The translations under genes and the position numbers were made by a program. A stretch of 64,000 bases of DNA, taken from contig CM082584.2 in the NCBI GenBank assembly GCA_040954595.2, positions 1,536,281 to 1,600,280 on the forward strand, written 5' to 3'. The notes under the pieces are model-generated. The model had not been told where the DNA came from, searched no databases, and worked only from the letters and a program-made list of their open reading frames with translations. The DNA is from Balanoglossus misakiensis. Its lineage: Eukaryota > Animalia > Hemichordata. How positions within the stretch are numbered: position 1 is the stretch's first letter; each line of letters begins with the position of its first letter. This document shows, piece by piece, positions 27,893 through 40,300 of this stretch.

Positions 27893-28984
27893 TTCTTTTA
27901 GTTTGGTAGCCACCCCTCCTTTCTGTCCAAGCATAACAGGAGCACCATCACTGCCCAAAGCAGACAGACGATCTCTTAAGACAATACCATTCTCTGAAGA
28001 AAACTCTTTCACTGACTGTGCAATGGTGTCTGCTCTGCCATCACCAACCTAAAACAGTGAAAATAAAACCTTGATGTTAACACATGCAATGTACAACTCA
28101 ATGTTTGTCTCACCTGAAATAACTAGTCAGCAAAATCAATTAAATGAGGTCACTCAAAAACATGTTTAATCGTATGTTTTTAATTCAGTGTAGACTTAAA
28201 AATTGAAAAACTTTCCACTTACTTCTTTAACTCCAAGGAAAGACACAACTGACTTCCCAGACTTCAAGGTGTACTTGGAATAGATGATTAATTGCTTCAA
28301 TACAGCCACACCAGTTGTTTTCATCTATTAACAGTGAATAGAAGTTACTTCCTTTCATCTTCTCTAAAATCTCATCACGGATGACTTTGCCTGAAAAATG
28401 AAATAAATGAAAATTACTCTTCAGATTAAACTTATCAAAATTCACAGTAATTTGTACAGTAATTATTCTTTATTGAGTGTAACACTATTGCTTAAACAGT
28501 GATCCTTTCTTGAAAACAACCAGGTTTAAATAAATGTTACTACATTGCCTACAATTTAGATCTGCACAAAAATCAGTAGACCTACTTACCAATGCAATAA
28601 ACCATTATAGTTGTGGTCATCACTGCTGAGAGTACCAAGGAATAAACACCCGAGGGACTTTGCCAATTCCAAAACATGGATGAAGTTGGTGGTGTGCGGC
28701 AATTCTCTGTGCATGAGAAAATACATGCATCGTAGGACGCCGATGCATGAAGGCTTGCGTCTCAAAGGTGATGACCTTGTCAAATGCAGCCACAAGACCG
28801 CTGCTGTTCTCCATAACTGCTGCCTCGGCGTCAAGCTGCATTGCCGCCCAGTCGATAATCGTCTCTTCATGCTGCTTGAGTTTGTCTTCGCGAAGGGTGG
28901 TACATGTACATGGAGATGTTGTAACCCAAGTCCCTCCGCACTTGGCCTTCTGCTTGTGTTTTGTACAAAGGCGACAAAACATCC
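27893..28984 (-). pseudogene. Intron-containing hAT-superfamily transposase (ZNF862-like) pseudogene, 3 exons: ~28984-28590, 28390-28223, 28048-27893
   Basis: Exon 1 has GMFCRLCTKH...LKQHE (Zn-finger-like) and MYFLMHRELPHTTNF. Exon 2 has FYSLLIDE/TTGVAVLKQLIIY with a +1 frameshift. Exon 3 has DGRADTIA...LGSDGAPVMLGQKGGVATKLKE. The introns are GT..AG (donors GTAAGT, GTAAGT, GTGAGT). The C-terminal half is missing. Confidence 0.88.
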
Positions 28985-30073
28985 CTAAACTGAATAAATA
29001 TCATTCTCTCAAATGCCAGCCGCATGCGGGAGCGTGCACCAGAAACAATAAATATTTACCAAGGCGGGAATGAAAAGAAAGCAGGGCGGCGCGTAAGATA
29101 GCAGGGTGGCAAAAAATAAAGGAGGGCGGGCCTGCCCAGCTAACCCCCCCCCCCCCCAAAGTATTAACGCTCTGTGTTTACCATAGACTAATAGTGTCTC
29201 AAATTTTACCCTGTGTGAACCTGGTAAGAGACGTGTCTCAAATCTGAGAAGATTCAGGACCACTTAAACCATTCACCAATAATAATTTATGCCAGTATTT
29301 GATCTGAGACGTTTTAGCAATTTCTTGTGTGACCCCCATATCAGTTGAAGCTGACAAATCCAGTATTTTGAATTTTTACATGGATTTTGTATACAGTGTG
29401 AATTGTAATTAAAGCTCCATTACCTTTACCTTTTTCCTATGTTTTCAGTATCTTTGTTTAGCAGTTTCTTGTGCAAATTCCCGAAACATGATGAAACATA
29501 TGTGTGTATGGTCAGCATTGTTATTGTGCCAAATTGGAATTTAAGTCCAGACTAGAATCCATGAATTATTGTCAACAATGACAATGGCCATTATACACAT
29601 ACATTCTGTGCTGACAAGTAACAATCTGTGTGGAGTAGAACATGAAATCGCATTTGCTACATAGAACAAAAATACTGGAAATAAAGCCAAAAGATACAAC
29701 GAATGTATATTTAACTTTAACTGCATTCTCATTCTCATCTGTATATATTTTACTGAGATTGTTTCATCAGGGTTTATCAGTATTCTAAACCAGCTTATGT
29801 GTGCATACAATCTGATTAAAATCAGATGTAGGGTACGGCGACGTCTTTTACTTCGCAGTACGGTATTCTTATACTGTCGCCTCACACTACATCTGACCAA
29901 CTCCCATAGAAGCTCCCGTTGAAAACTCTAGTAAACCAATCAGACGGTGCCTTATAGAGAACTTTAGGTATCCTTCAGTTTTGATTGACATAACGTGCAA
30001 TCTGATTGGCTTGGCCGCAACGGGACGTTGAACAAGCTTCTATATCTGATTCATATAATACTGAAAGGGTTAA

Positions 30074-31015
30074 GAATGGCACACACTACATGTATGAGCT
30101 CATGGAATGTGTTTCTTCCCATAGGATAACATTGAGAATTGATAGAAAACCCTTTTCTACTATTGTAATTTTAAGAAGTTTCACTCATAACTCATCCAAA
30201 TGAAATTAAATTGAGTGATTCATATAAGTTGTAGGCTCACCACTGTGCTCAGTTTTGAGATAAACTTAAATGTGTCCATGCCTATAGAAAAATAACATAG
30301 AAAGACCTATGGTGAAAAATGTTGACTTTAATTCAGGCTGCATTAGTGGAAAAATAATCATACTTTGTCTGGCATAGAAACTCAGAATCTACAAAAAAGG
30401 CCTTTAAAACATGAATGGAAATGAAAATACTGCTACAATAAGAAATTCTTACCTTGAATAAAGTATTTATTGGTACCACCACTTCCATAAAGAAACCACT
30501 TTGCTGGTGTAATGAGTTGTCAATCTGGGTTTGCTCATTGGCCTTGCTTTGAGTTCCAATTCATGATGATGGTGTATTAGGACACTGGACTTGAAACAGG
30601 TGTATGCTGGTATTATACACGTTGAAAGTATTGTCATTCTTTTAATTGTGGATTTTTGGATTATGCTGTGTATGTATAATGAGAATCCGTTAAAAATTGT
30701 AGGGGTCATTGCCCTTTTAAAAAAAAATACAGAGCCATGAATTTAGTTGATAATAGAAGAAATTTGCTGTCTCAGCATTTTTCACCAATGCTTTGTCTAT
30801 GGGCGAAGATTTTAACGCAATTTATCTCATAATAGAGCTTGGTGACCACATAATTTTTTTTGACCAATGAATTTACGTTTACTTGACTGAGGTATGTGTA
30901 AAATTTCGTGAAAAAGACAATAGTAGAAGTTTGTTTTCTGGCAATTATCGATGTAATCCTTTCAGGAACAGACACACATGCACTGTTTATCAGTTTATGT
31001 TGTGCGTGTACATCC
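30074..31015. mobile_element. Old TTAA-flanked fold-back element with long diverged inverted arms (Kolobok-type)
   Basis: TTAA|GAATGGCACACAC...GTGCGTGTACATCC|TTAA. 30110-30330 is a diverged reverse complement of 30770-30980 (TTCTACTATTGT vs ACAATAGTAGAA; TGAGATAAA vs TTTATCTCA). Confidence 0.65.
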
Positions 31016-31320
31016 TTAAATGGTATTTGCCTCTCATGCCTTCCAAATTGTGGTTCTGTTCTAGTGTTTTTGTTAAGGGCGGTACCTAGATAAAATCTAC
31101 CGGAGTACCCCAGTCACTCCGAATTAAAACAACAGAACAAGGCCAATGTCACAGTGGTCAGGCAGTCTACCAGACTTCCCCAGTCATTTTACCGGGGTTC
31201 CCCTGGGGGTATCAATGTGGTTATATTAGGAGGTTATAGGAATATTAACGGGGTTCCCAAATCCATTACCAGTGTTCCCCGACCTTTGCAAAAACACTGT
31301 GTTCTTTTTATCCTCCACAG

Positions 31321-31540
31321 GAAGAGACAAAGAAAAGCATAGCAACCTCTGCTGATACTGCCACAACAAGCACAAGCACAAACACACCCCAGCCTGTAGC
31401 TTCTGCGAACCAACAACCCCCACCCTATCCAGCCGCAGCATACCAGCAACACTTCCAGCAGATGTCATACCCGAACCCATTCGTGTCTCAGTACGCTGCG
31501 TTTGCAGGAGCCGGACAGCCGCCACGATATAACATCAATT
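31321..31540 (+). other. Orphan coding-like exon fragment (S/T-, P/Q-rich, PPPY motif)
   Basis: A strong acceptor TTCTTTTATCCTCCACAG precedes an open frame EETKKSIATSADTATTSTSTNTPQPVASANQQPPPYPAAAYQQHFQQMSYPNPFVSQYAAFAGAGQPPRY. GC content is higher than in the flanks. No clear donor appears before repeat sequence begins. Confidence 0.5.
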
Positions 31541-31859
31541 ATATTTGTTTTCTGAAAATGCCTATTGTTGACCAAAAGATGGCTAAATGGCAATTTTGTA
31601 CTGAGCGGGGTGTCTCAATAAGACCGTTGTGCTGGTATCAGCATATTTTTTGCACACACACACACAAAAAAAACGAATTTACATACATCACAAGGGCTCT
31701 GAATATAAAGGAATAAGTTTGTATTTATTTTTTCTAACAGTTACCTTTTTGAGCAAAGAGGCCAAAATGATATTTTTTTCCCTCAGTGGGGTCAGTAAGA
31801 GTGGGTTTTTTAGTACTTTTATTTATCATTTGATCACCAATGGGAAGAAAATGGCATAA

Positions 31860-33000
31860 TTTTCGTATTTTCTAGAAATGACACTTTTTGGGCAAAAACT
31901 TGCCAAAAAGGCACTTTTATCTTGAGTGGCATCAATAAAACTGCTTTTTTGGAAACTTTTCACATACAGTGGGCATATAATTCATTATCAGATCTCCGAA
32001 AGTGAAGAAAATATATAAATTTTGAGTGTTTTCTGAAAATGACGTTTTGGGGGCAAAAAGTGGCAAAATGGCATTTTTTCTTGAGTAGGATCAATAAGAC
32101 TGCTATTTCTGGAATCAGCACCATTTTTTACATAGGATGAACATTTCATATATAACATGATCTCTGAGCTTTATGAAGAAAAGTTTGTTTTTAATTTTTT
32201 TTCTAAAAATGGCCTTTTTGGGCAAAAACTTTCCAAAAGGGCATTTTTGCATTAGGTTGGGTCAATAAATCTGCTTTTTTCGAATAATCACCAGATTTTA
32301 CATAGGGTGGGCATATAATACATTATCAGATCTCCGAAAGTGAAGAAAATATATAAATTTTGTGTGTTTTCTGAAAATGACGTTTTGGGGCAAAAAGTGG
32401 CAAAAATGGCATTTTTTCTTGAGTAGGGTCAATAAGACTGCTATTTCTGGAATCAGCACCATTTTTTACATAGAATGGACATTTCATATATCCAATGATC
32501 TCTGAATATGATAAACACAATTTATTTTTAGTTTTTTTGTAAAAATGACCTTTTTTGACCACAAAAAGTGGCCAAAAATGGCATTTTTGTATTGATTGAG
32601 GTCAAAAAGACTGCTTTATTTTTTAAAGTCACCACTTTTAACATAGAATTGACTTTCCATATATCACCAGATCAATCATTATGAAGAAAACCGTGTGTTT
32701 TATTTTTTTTCTAAAAATGACGTTTTTGGGGCAAAAATTGGTCAAAAAGGCAATTTTCTGTTGTTTTGGGTCAATCGAACTACTTTTTTCGTAATATTCA
32801 CCAAATTTTACATAGAATAAGCATATCATATGTTATCAGATCTCAGAATGTGACGAAAACAATGTGTTTTTAGTGTTTTCTAAAAAAGACCATTTTGGGG
32901 TTAAAAAAGGCCAAAATGGCAATTTTGTCTTGAGTGGGGTTAATAAGACTGACTTTTTTGGAATGAGCACCATTTTTTACATAGAATGGACTTCTCAAAC
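31860..33000. repeat. Diverged ~170-bp tandem repeat with ~338-bp dimer structure
   Basis: TTCT(G/A)AAAATGAC..TTTTGGG.CAAAAA...GGCA.TTTT...TCAATAA.ACTGCT.TTT...CACCA.TTTTACATAG recurs. Near-identical dimers start at ~31970 and ~32310. Confidence 0.85.
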
Positions 33001-35621
33001 CTTCCTTACCAAAAATTCTGATTAACGGCACCTATCTCATAGTGTAACCAGACTACAAGTGAAGAACCCCAGTAACAGACGTAACGAACAAACAAACTAC
33101 ATGTACTAACAACAAAGAAAGAAAAGTGTCAAGCGTCGTCAAAGAAAACGAAATAGTTCTAGCATGGTTGGTAAAAGTTATTGGTAGAAAACGAATAGGG
33201 CCTTCTACAAATGACGTCTCAGACCCGCAAACGCCACCAGAACACAAAACACATGCACAGAACAGTTTAAGCCGGTTGTTGTATGGAGCAGCAATAATCT
33301 GCGGTTGGGCCGTCGTAGATTTTCGCTGGTGGTGAAAATAAATAAAACACGATCGATGTTCGATTTATTCCAGATCACATGCGTTTACGGCCAGAAGAGA
33401 GCATAAAAGTCTTCAAATGACCATGTGGTGGCGCACTTTTTCCGATTGGCTGTATTTCAATTTGTTCGTGGTAAATTAATTTTGTGGAGGTGACCGGCAC
33501 TGAAGCTCTTAGCTAGGATGAGGTGGGATGGAAAAATGCCCCATTTGACTCATTTTAGCTGTTTTAAAATATACGACTATTTATAGACAAAAGGAAAATA
33601 AAACAAGCGCAAAAACATACCAAACCTAGTTTTATTAATTACAAAAAAAATTGCTGAGTAAAGGTTTTCATGTGGGCATTCACTTTGAACTTGCTAAATT
33701 AATTTAAAGAGACAAAGTCGCTCTCTCTTTGTCCTTTTGCGATGATGGAATGCTTGCTTGAAGTCTCTCGTGCAATAAATGATGTCGATTCATACATGTA
33801 TGGATGGTGTATAGGTGGTCGGAATTTACATGTCTTTGCCACGTCCAAACCAAAAACACATAAAATCAAACTTTGGGTCATGAAATCGAGTTTTGTTACA
33901 GTCTAGAATTTCATGCCACCCCTTTTGGTCATATTATTCTTGGTAGGCAAAAGTGACAAGTAGTCAAGTTTCAACACAGGCAACATTTTTACAAACAAAC
34001 CACAAAGAAGACATCAAAAGGGAGAGAATTATAGAATGGTCAATGTGTGAATAGTTAAGATACGTAAAGTGGCCGGGTTCAACATAACATTAACTCATCG
34101 ACTTCATATCGTCTTCATGCCATGGTTTTGCCTGCCCTGAAAGTTCTTGTCGTTGCAGAAGTGGTTTTGACAGAAAGAATTTAGTCTTCCGGGATGTTTG
34201 TGATTATTTGAACACCAGACAATACAATGCAACCTTGACTTCCAAAATACTTACCGGCATTGCATTATCTTACCATGGTTAGGCCTACAGAGAACAAATT
34301 TTCAACAATATTTTCTGAGTTACCGCTGATATTTGTTTTGTAGTATGGATATTAAATTATACATCCCGATACAAAACAGAATGTTATAGAATCCTTCCTG
34401 AGTGATATTGAAAAAAATACCGGAATGCTATAGCCTAATCTATGGTTAGGGTTATTGCTATTATTTTATATCAGTAATCGACTTTGTGTATATCAATGTC
34501 ATTTTCATAACGAAAATGAACTCGAGTCTAATGTAAACGTTACGAATTGATCGAAAGGCGCTCTGATGAATGTTAACACGAGTGCGCAATGACAAGACAT
34601 GCATCGTGCATGACAGTGACAACAGTTCCAATAGAGCAGTTAAAAAATAAACCGGCCGTCCGTAAATTTATCAGCTATATTTTTTTTTATTTAGTCACGT
34701 TTTCCCTGTTGCATGCTATTAGTTCAGGGGCCAGTTTTAGCAGTGCTCTATTGAGTACTTTCGTATCGATGGATTGATCTCTCGTCCAATCAGAATGGCG
34801 GATGGTAGCATGATCCGACATATTGCGTATTACAATAGGGCTTCCTCATACAGGTCAGAACAGAGAGGTCATTCCTTTTATTTTAGGACGTCTCAGCTCC
34901 TTTGTCTTTTCTGTTATTTTTTGACAAATGCGGATTGACGTTCCATTTCCAATTGGCGATAATTATATTTATTTGTATTTTATTGCATAAGCGCTTGCTA
35001 GTCGTTTTTTAGCAATTTTTTTTGTAGTACAAAAACACTGAAGAAAACGAAATATTTTATTCATTCGCACTTCCAAAGAACACCGTGACATAATTCCTCA
35101 ATTTGCATTTCAGTGTGTGTGTCTGGTGTGTCTGCATTGACGTGAGGCGCATTCTCCACCCGCACACATACGTTGCATTGCATTCTTTGACTAATTAGTG
35201 TTACGTCATGTTGAAGCAGGATTCTGATTGAGTAGTAAGTAAGTTGCATAATTGACGCACAGCTGGTGCCTCGTTCTCGTACCGCTGACCATTGCATTTG
35301 AAAAATCATTGCAGCTTTGACGTTCATCAAGCATGGAGGTCCCGGTCGCCTCCATGCTTGATGATGTCGTTTCTCTGGTAAGCATGGCATTTAATGTTAT
35401 TTTACAAGTACATGTACACTCCTTCTAGCAAAAACTGGTCGTGGTAGGGCGAGAGGGTCCTCCCAACATCGAAATTCTGACTTTGGGAAGCGTTACAGCA
35501 CCAAACAGTAAACTCACAGTCGCATGGAATTTGTGCGTTATATTACACCGTGCGAGTAAATTGTACGTCGTTCGTTGGCTCGAGTCAGCTTTGTTATTGT
35601 GGAGCAGGTGGTACCGTAACA

Positions 35622-36037
35622 CCACAGGGGGCTCTCCCTAGGCGATTTTATTGTTTGTTTGTTGTTGTTGATTGGCATAATAAACAAATACATATTTCTT
35701 TATTAATAAATATGGTTTGTTGACATGTAAGGGTTAGGTTATTAGGGTATATTTGACAGGTTATGGTATATTCAACGGTTAGAATTAGTGTTGGCATTTT
35801 TTCGATCCATGGCCGGCATCACCCCCCCAAACCCCCCCCCCCCACCCCCTGTGGCTTAGTGATGCCCGGGGCCGTGGATCGAAAAAAATGCCAACAGTAA
35901 CCCTAACTGTTGAATATACCCTAACACTTACATGTCAACAAACCATATTTATTAATAAAGAAATATGTATTTGTTTATTATGCCAATCAACAACAACAAA
36001 CAAACAATAAAATCGCGGAGGGAGGAGCCCCCTGTGG
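35622..36037. mobile_element. Fold-back MITE with ~190-bp near-perfect inverted arms and C-rich spacer
   Basis: Ends are CCACAGGGGGCTC...GAGCCCCCTGTGG. GCGATTTTATTGTTTGTTTGTTGTTGTTGATTGGCATAATAAACAAATACATATTTC matches its reverse complement exactly. The flanks TAACA/AAACA may be a 5-bp TSD with one mismatch. Confidence 0.88.
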
Positions 36038-36239
36038 AAACACACTACAGTATAACTTTTAAGGCAAAGCGATAGCGAATAAACTGACCAGGGTTGGTTT
36101 TGTTGTTGGGGAGATTTTTGGCACCATTGAGACTGTTAAAAGCTACCAGTGGGAGCTATGGTATAGCCGTTAACACGCAGCCCTGCCACGCAGAGCTTCT
36201 ATGACTGGTTACTAACTTCTATGTCTATTTGATTCACAG

Positions 36240-36314
36240 ATGCTGCCTGAAACTGTCTGCGTTTCAACTCGGGATTCTCTTCCTTGTCCGGGGCGAGTTT
36301 AAGACCGCTCAATG
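36240..36314 (+). other. Putative 75-nt mini-exon (type 1, copy A)
   Basis: TACTAAC branch point, TATTTGATTCACAG acceptor and GTAAGC donor. One frame is open: CCLKLSAFQLGILFLVRGEFKTAQ. Confidence 0.6.
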
Positions 36315-36556
36315 GTAAGCATGACTTGCTTTATATTTGCTTTTATCGGGTGTTGCAACCGAAACAATAGGAAGAAATGTATGTCTACGAACTAATTTAC
36401 ATATTCCAGCTTTCAATACAATGTACCTGTTTTTTCCCCTTCGAATTCTGGCCTCGATTGCTTGTGATATGATCGTGATGTCATGAATTAGATGGACAAC
36501 TCACAAGTTCAAATCTTCACGCGGAGCATAAAATAAATGTGGATGCATTTCCTTAA

Positions 36557-36903
36557 AGGGACAAAGTCTCTCTCTCGCTGCCCTTTTTTCCATTAATTAT
36601 ATTTGATACAAGACACCGTTTGTTATTCTACATGTAGATATATAGTGAATGAACGTTCAGCCACACACAACTTCCGTCCCACTTGTAGACACGAGAGTAA
36701 AAATACTCGCCAAAATGAATAATCGTTCTTTACCATTTATTCATTTTGGGCGAGTTTTTACTCTCATATCATACAAGCGGGATGGAAGTTTTGTGTGGTT
36801 GATCATTTATTCACTATATATCCAAATATACATTGACATAAACAGTGTCTTGTATCAAACATAATTAATGGAAAAAGGACAGCGACAGAGAGACTTTGTC
36901 CCT
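36557..36903. mobile_element. Full-length palindromic Kolobok-type MITE, copy 3
   Basis: TTAA|AGGGACAAAGTCTCTCT...AGAGAGACTTTGTCCCT|TTAA. The paralogous empty site ATTTCCTTAACCATATA at ~43014-43030 shows the TTAA duplication directly. Confidence 0.95.
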
Positions 36904-37241
36904 TTAACCATATAGCTAAAATTACTCCCATATCAATACACAGGGAGATACTTTAACTTTGGCTGAACGTGTGCTAGTCCAACACTATGCTTAATCAAAC
37001 TGGCTAAGAGATCTGTTATTATATTAGACGCATGAAGGAAAGTAATGTTGTTTAGAGTGAAATAAAACAATACTTTAGGCCAGAAAGAAAAATGTAAATC
37101 ATGACACAAATAGGCTGGAAATTTTTTCTGACCCTATATTATACCATGTTTTGCATATTTTCACTAATTTGTATGGCCCACATAATTCTAAAGCAAGGTT
37201 GATTGGTTACTAATTAATATTTGCATATATTTGATTCACAG

Positions 37242-37314
37242 TCTTAAACACAGCATTTCAACGTATGCCGGAGGAGGAAGAGAATACCTAGGCCTGATCC
37301 AAGACCGCTTTCCG
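37242..37314 (+). other. Putative 73-nt mini-exon (type 2, copy A)
   Basis: GGTTACTAAT branch-like motif, TATTTGATTCACAG acceptor and GTAAGC donor. The single open frame reads LKHSISTYAGGGREYLGLIQDRFP. Confidence 0.6.
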
Positions 37315-40300
37315 GTAAGCACACCTTGCTGTATACATGCTCCATAGCTTGTTTGTAAATGCTACCTTTTCCCATCAAATAGTGAAGTCACCCTTTTAAA
37401 ATTATGGTGGTGGCAAGCCACAACTGGTTATCATGAAGAGTTGGACACCACTAATAATCATTTTAATATTTTCCAATTGGTAACCTTTATGTACCACTAT
37501 CCTCAACAATTTCAGTCAACAAGATTCATATTGCGCTGTATAGCAAGGCCAAACAAATATGACTGATTGATAGGGATTTTTCTGAAAATGTGACAAAATC
37601 AACAAATAAACAATAATCAGTCACCAATCATGCATTATGTGTTATTCGAGGGAACCTGAGCGGGTCCCATAAACCTGCCAACCCATGCTAGCCATGACTT
37701 TACAAATGTTTCCGTCATACTATGCAGAAAATTCTGGCTGCTTTAAATAGGTTTTTCACTTTGCGCTAGGTGTCAAATCTCATTGCATTCTGGGCGGAAA
37801 GTCCATAACCAACTGTAGTAAGAGATAGAAGAAATGATATGTTTACTGTATTTCATGACTTCCTTCGGTCAAACATTTCTGTCTCGGTAGTTAGCATATT
37901 AAACTTTTTTTCACTTTTGCTATTTTTTCTGTTAAAAAGTTCAAGAATGACCCATCATCATTTTAGCTTATGAACTCCCATTTCTTTAACATGGCAAAAA
38001 TCGGCCATCTTGAAATTATCGACCGTATGAGATTTTCATCACTCATTTAGGGTAGCTTAAAACGTGTTTAAAGTAGGGAGAATTGTATAGGCAAGACTTG
38101 GGCTGTAAATTTGATGAAATAGCTACATGACTATTGTTCACAAGCAGCTGACTGTACTGTAAGACTGGAAGTGTTGTGTACATATTTTACATATTCAATA
38201 TTTGTAATTAGACCATGTCATGTATATCTTGGGGATTGCTCGATCACAATGTCTCTGCTGGTACAATGTCCTTTTAACATGTTCAGTAATATGGTAGTAA
38301 TTGTAAGTTTGTGTGCGGCATTTGTAAATTATTTACAATTTATAAATTATTTTGTAAGTTTCTTCATTCTCAAATTGCTTGCCTAACGTACTGCATTAAC
38401 ATTTAAATTTTGGTATGATTTTGAGTAGACTTTTTGTTTCAAAATTATTTTTGACACTTTTGGGTGATATGATTTTACATGGAAAATCTGATTTCCCTGT
38501 AATTCGGTTGACAGGATTTTCATCATATCTCTAAATCATGAAGTACATGTATCAGACTTGCATCAGGCCCCCAAAATTCTAGTCGCCTTTGGCAAGTAAT
38601 ATTAGCCATTGATCTGGGAAAGTTACAAAAATGTGTTGTCCAAGGACGTTGAAGGTACATGTGGTTTTTACACTTGCTGCATGTTTATAATTTGCAATAG
38701 AAATAGACACTCAGTGCCAGCCCACTATCCCGTCTCTTTATTGCTGACTTGTATGTATGTACGTATGTACGCATTTTATCAGAATTATTAGGTCCCATTT
38801 GGTATATGTATTTATACCATGGTACCTTACGGGATCAGTTGCACCTGTATGTATGGATGTCTGTATGTCCATCAACATCAAACATTTGGAAACTACTGGC
38901 ATTTCACCTTGATATTTAATGTGCAGACAGGGCAGTAGATGGGAGTTTGTCTAAGTGAAGTTGTCATTGCCAAACTATGCAAATTAGCTGGGAAAGTGTC
39001 AAATTCGTCAAAACTTGGGAACTCAACAACTACTGGGCAAATTGCTTTCAAAATTGATAATTGGTATGCATGTACCTTATGGTATCCTCTCACAATTCTA
39101 CATGTTGTGAGCTAATAATGTGAATTTTCTATTTTTAAGCATTTTTTTTGTCTCTTTCCACATTGTCGGTAAAAACCTACTTTTCTGGAATTGATCAGCT
39201 GACTTGTTTGAAATTTATTATGAAGCTTCATAGGTGATCTGAGTTACCAACCATAGTTTTGTTTAAATTGTTGCCAAAAATTGCGTATTTATAATTTTGG
39301 AGCAATTTTTAGGTCCCATTTGGTTTATGTACATATATACGATTGGGACCTTATGGAATCAGTTGCATTTGTATGTATGAGTGAATGGATGAAAACCGCT
39401 GGGCATATCACTTCCATATTTAGTGTGTAGATGCAGGCGGGGCTGTAGATGGGATTTTGTTCAAATGAAATTGTCATTGCCAAAATATTACCTGTGTAAA
39501 TGTGAAATTGGTCAAAAGTCAGAAACTTGACAACCACTGGTCAGATTGGTATGTCAATGAACCCCATACAGTCCTGTATGTTGTGAGCTAATATTATGAA
39601 TTTTCTAATGTTTATTAATTTTTTTTGTCTTTTTCCACATTATTGGTAAAAAAAAATCTTCACTTCTGAAAGCGATAGTCCGACTCCTTCGAAATTTAGT
39701 ATGAAGCTTCCTATGGGTGGTCCGAGTTACCATATTTTTTGTTCAGATTGTTGTAAAATAGGCATATTTATAATTTTGAGCAATTTTGCCAATTAAGGTC
39801 AGAATGCTTTGCAATTTGGTAGGCAGATTCCCAGGGGTAACCCAAGGAAGATGTCATAAAAATGGTTAAAACTGCGTGCTTGTGTTATTGGGGATATTTT
39901 TGCAATCTTTGTCAAAAACTGTTTTCTGTTAAACCGTTCAAACCCTTGTCAGATTGCTTTGAATTTTGGCAGGAATGTTCCTTGTAGTGATTGAAGTAAG
40001 ATGGTGTACAATTATAGAGATGTTTGCATATTTGTGTTTTTGCCACTTTTGAACAAATGTGTTTTTCTTTGAAACTGCTTTTTTGATGGCTTTGAAATAT
40101 GGTAGGAATATTCCTAGGGGTAACCCAATTTTTAGCTCACCTGAAAATCACGTGAGCTTATAGTTTAGCGATGTCTGTGTATGTGTGTGTCTGTCTGTAT
40201 ACCCGATATCTCAAGAACCGCTGAACCGATTTCAACCAAATTTAGTACACAGGTTCAGATATCATATGGCAAGAACTGAAAAGGTTTTGGTGGGTGTGGC

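Larger units (their letters stand above)
36192..39900 (+). repeat. Segmental duplication, copy A
   Basis: Collinear high similarity to 42676-46950 from AGAGCT.CTATGACTGGTTACTAACTTCTAT onward. ORFs 38171 and 45303 are nearly identical. Confidence 0.93.

Noticed and set aside
35725-35930. Telomeric TTAGGG-like repeats
   Set aside because: Only scattered single motifs inside MITE arms, not a tandem array.
38111-38155. Intronic C/D-box snoRNA (TGATGA...CTGA)
   Set aside because: The boxes are only ~40 nt apart, with no terminal stem or recognisable rRNA guide.
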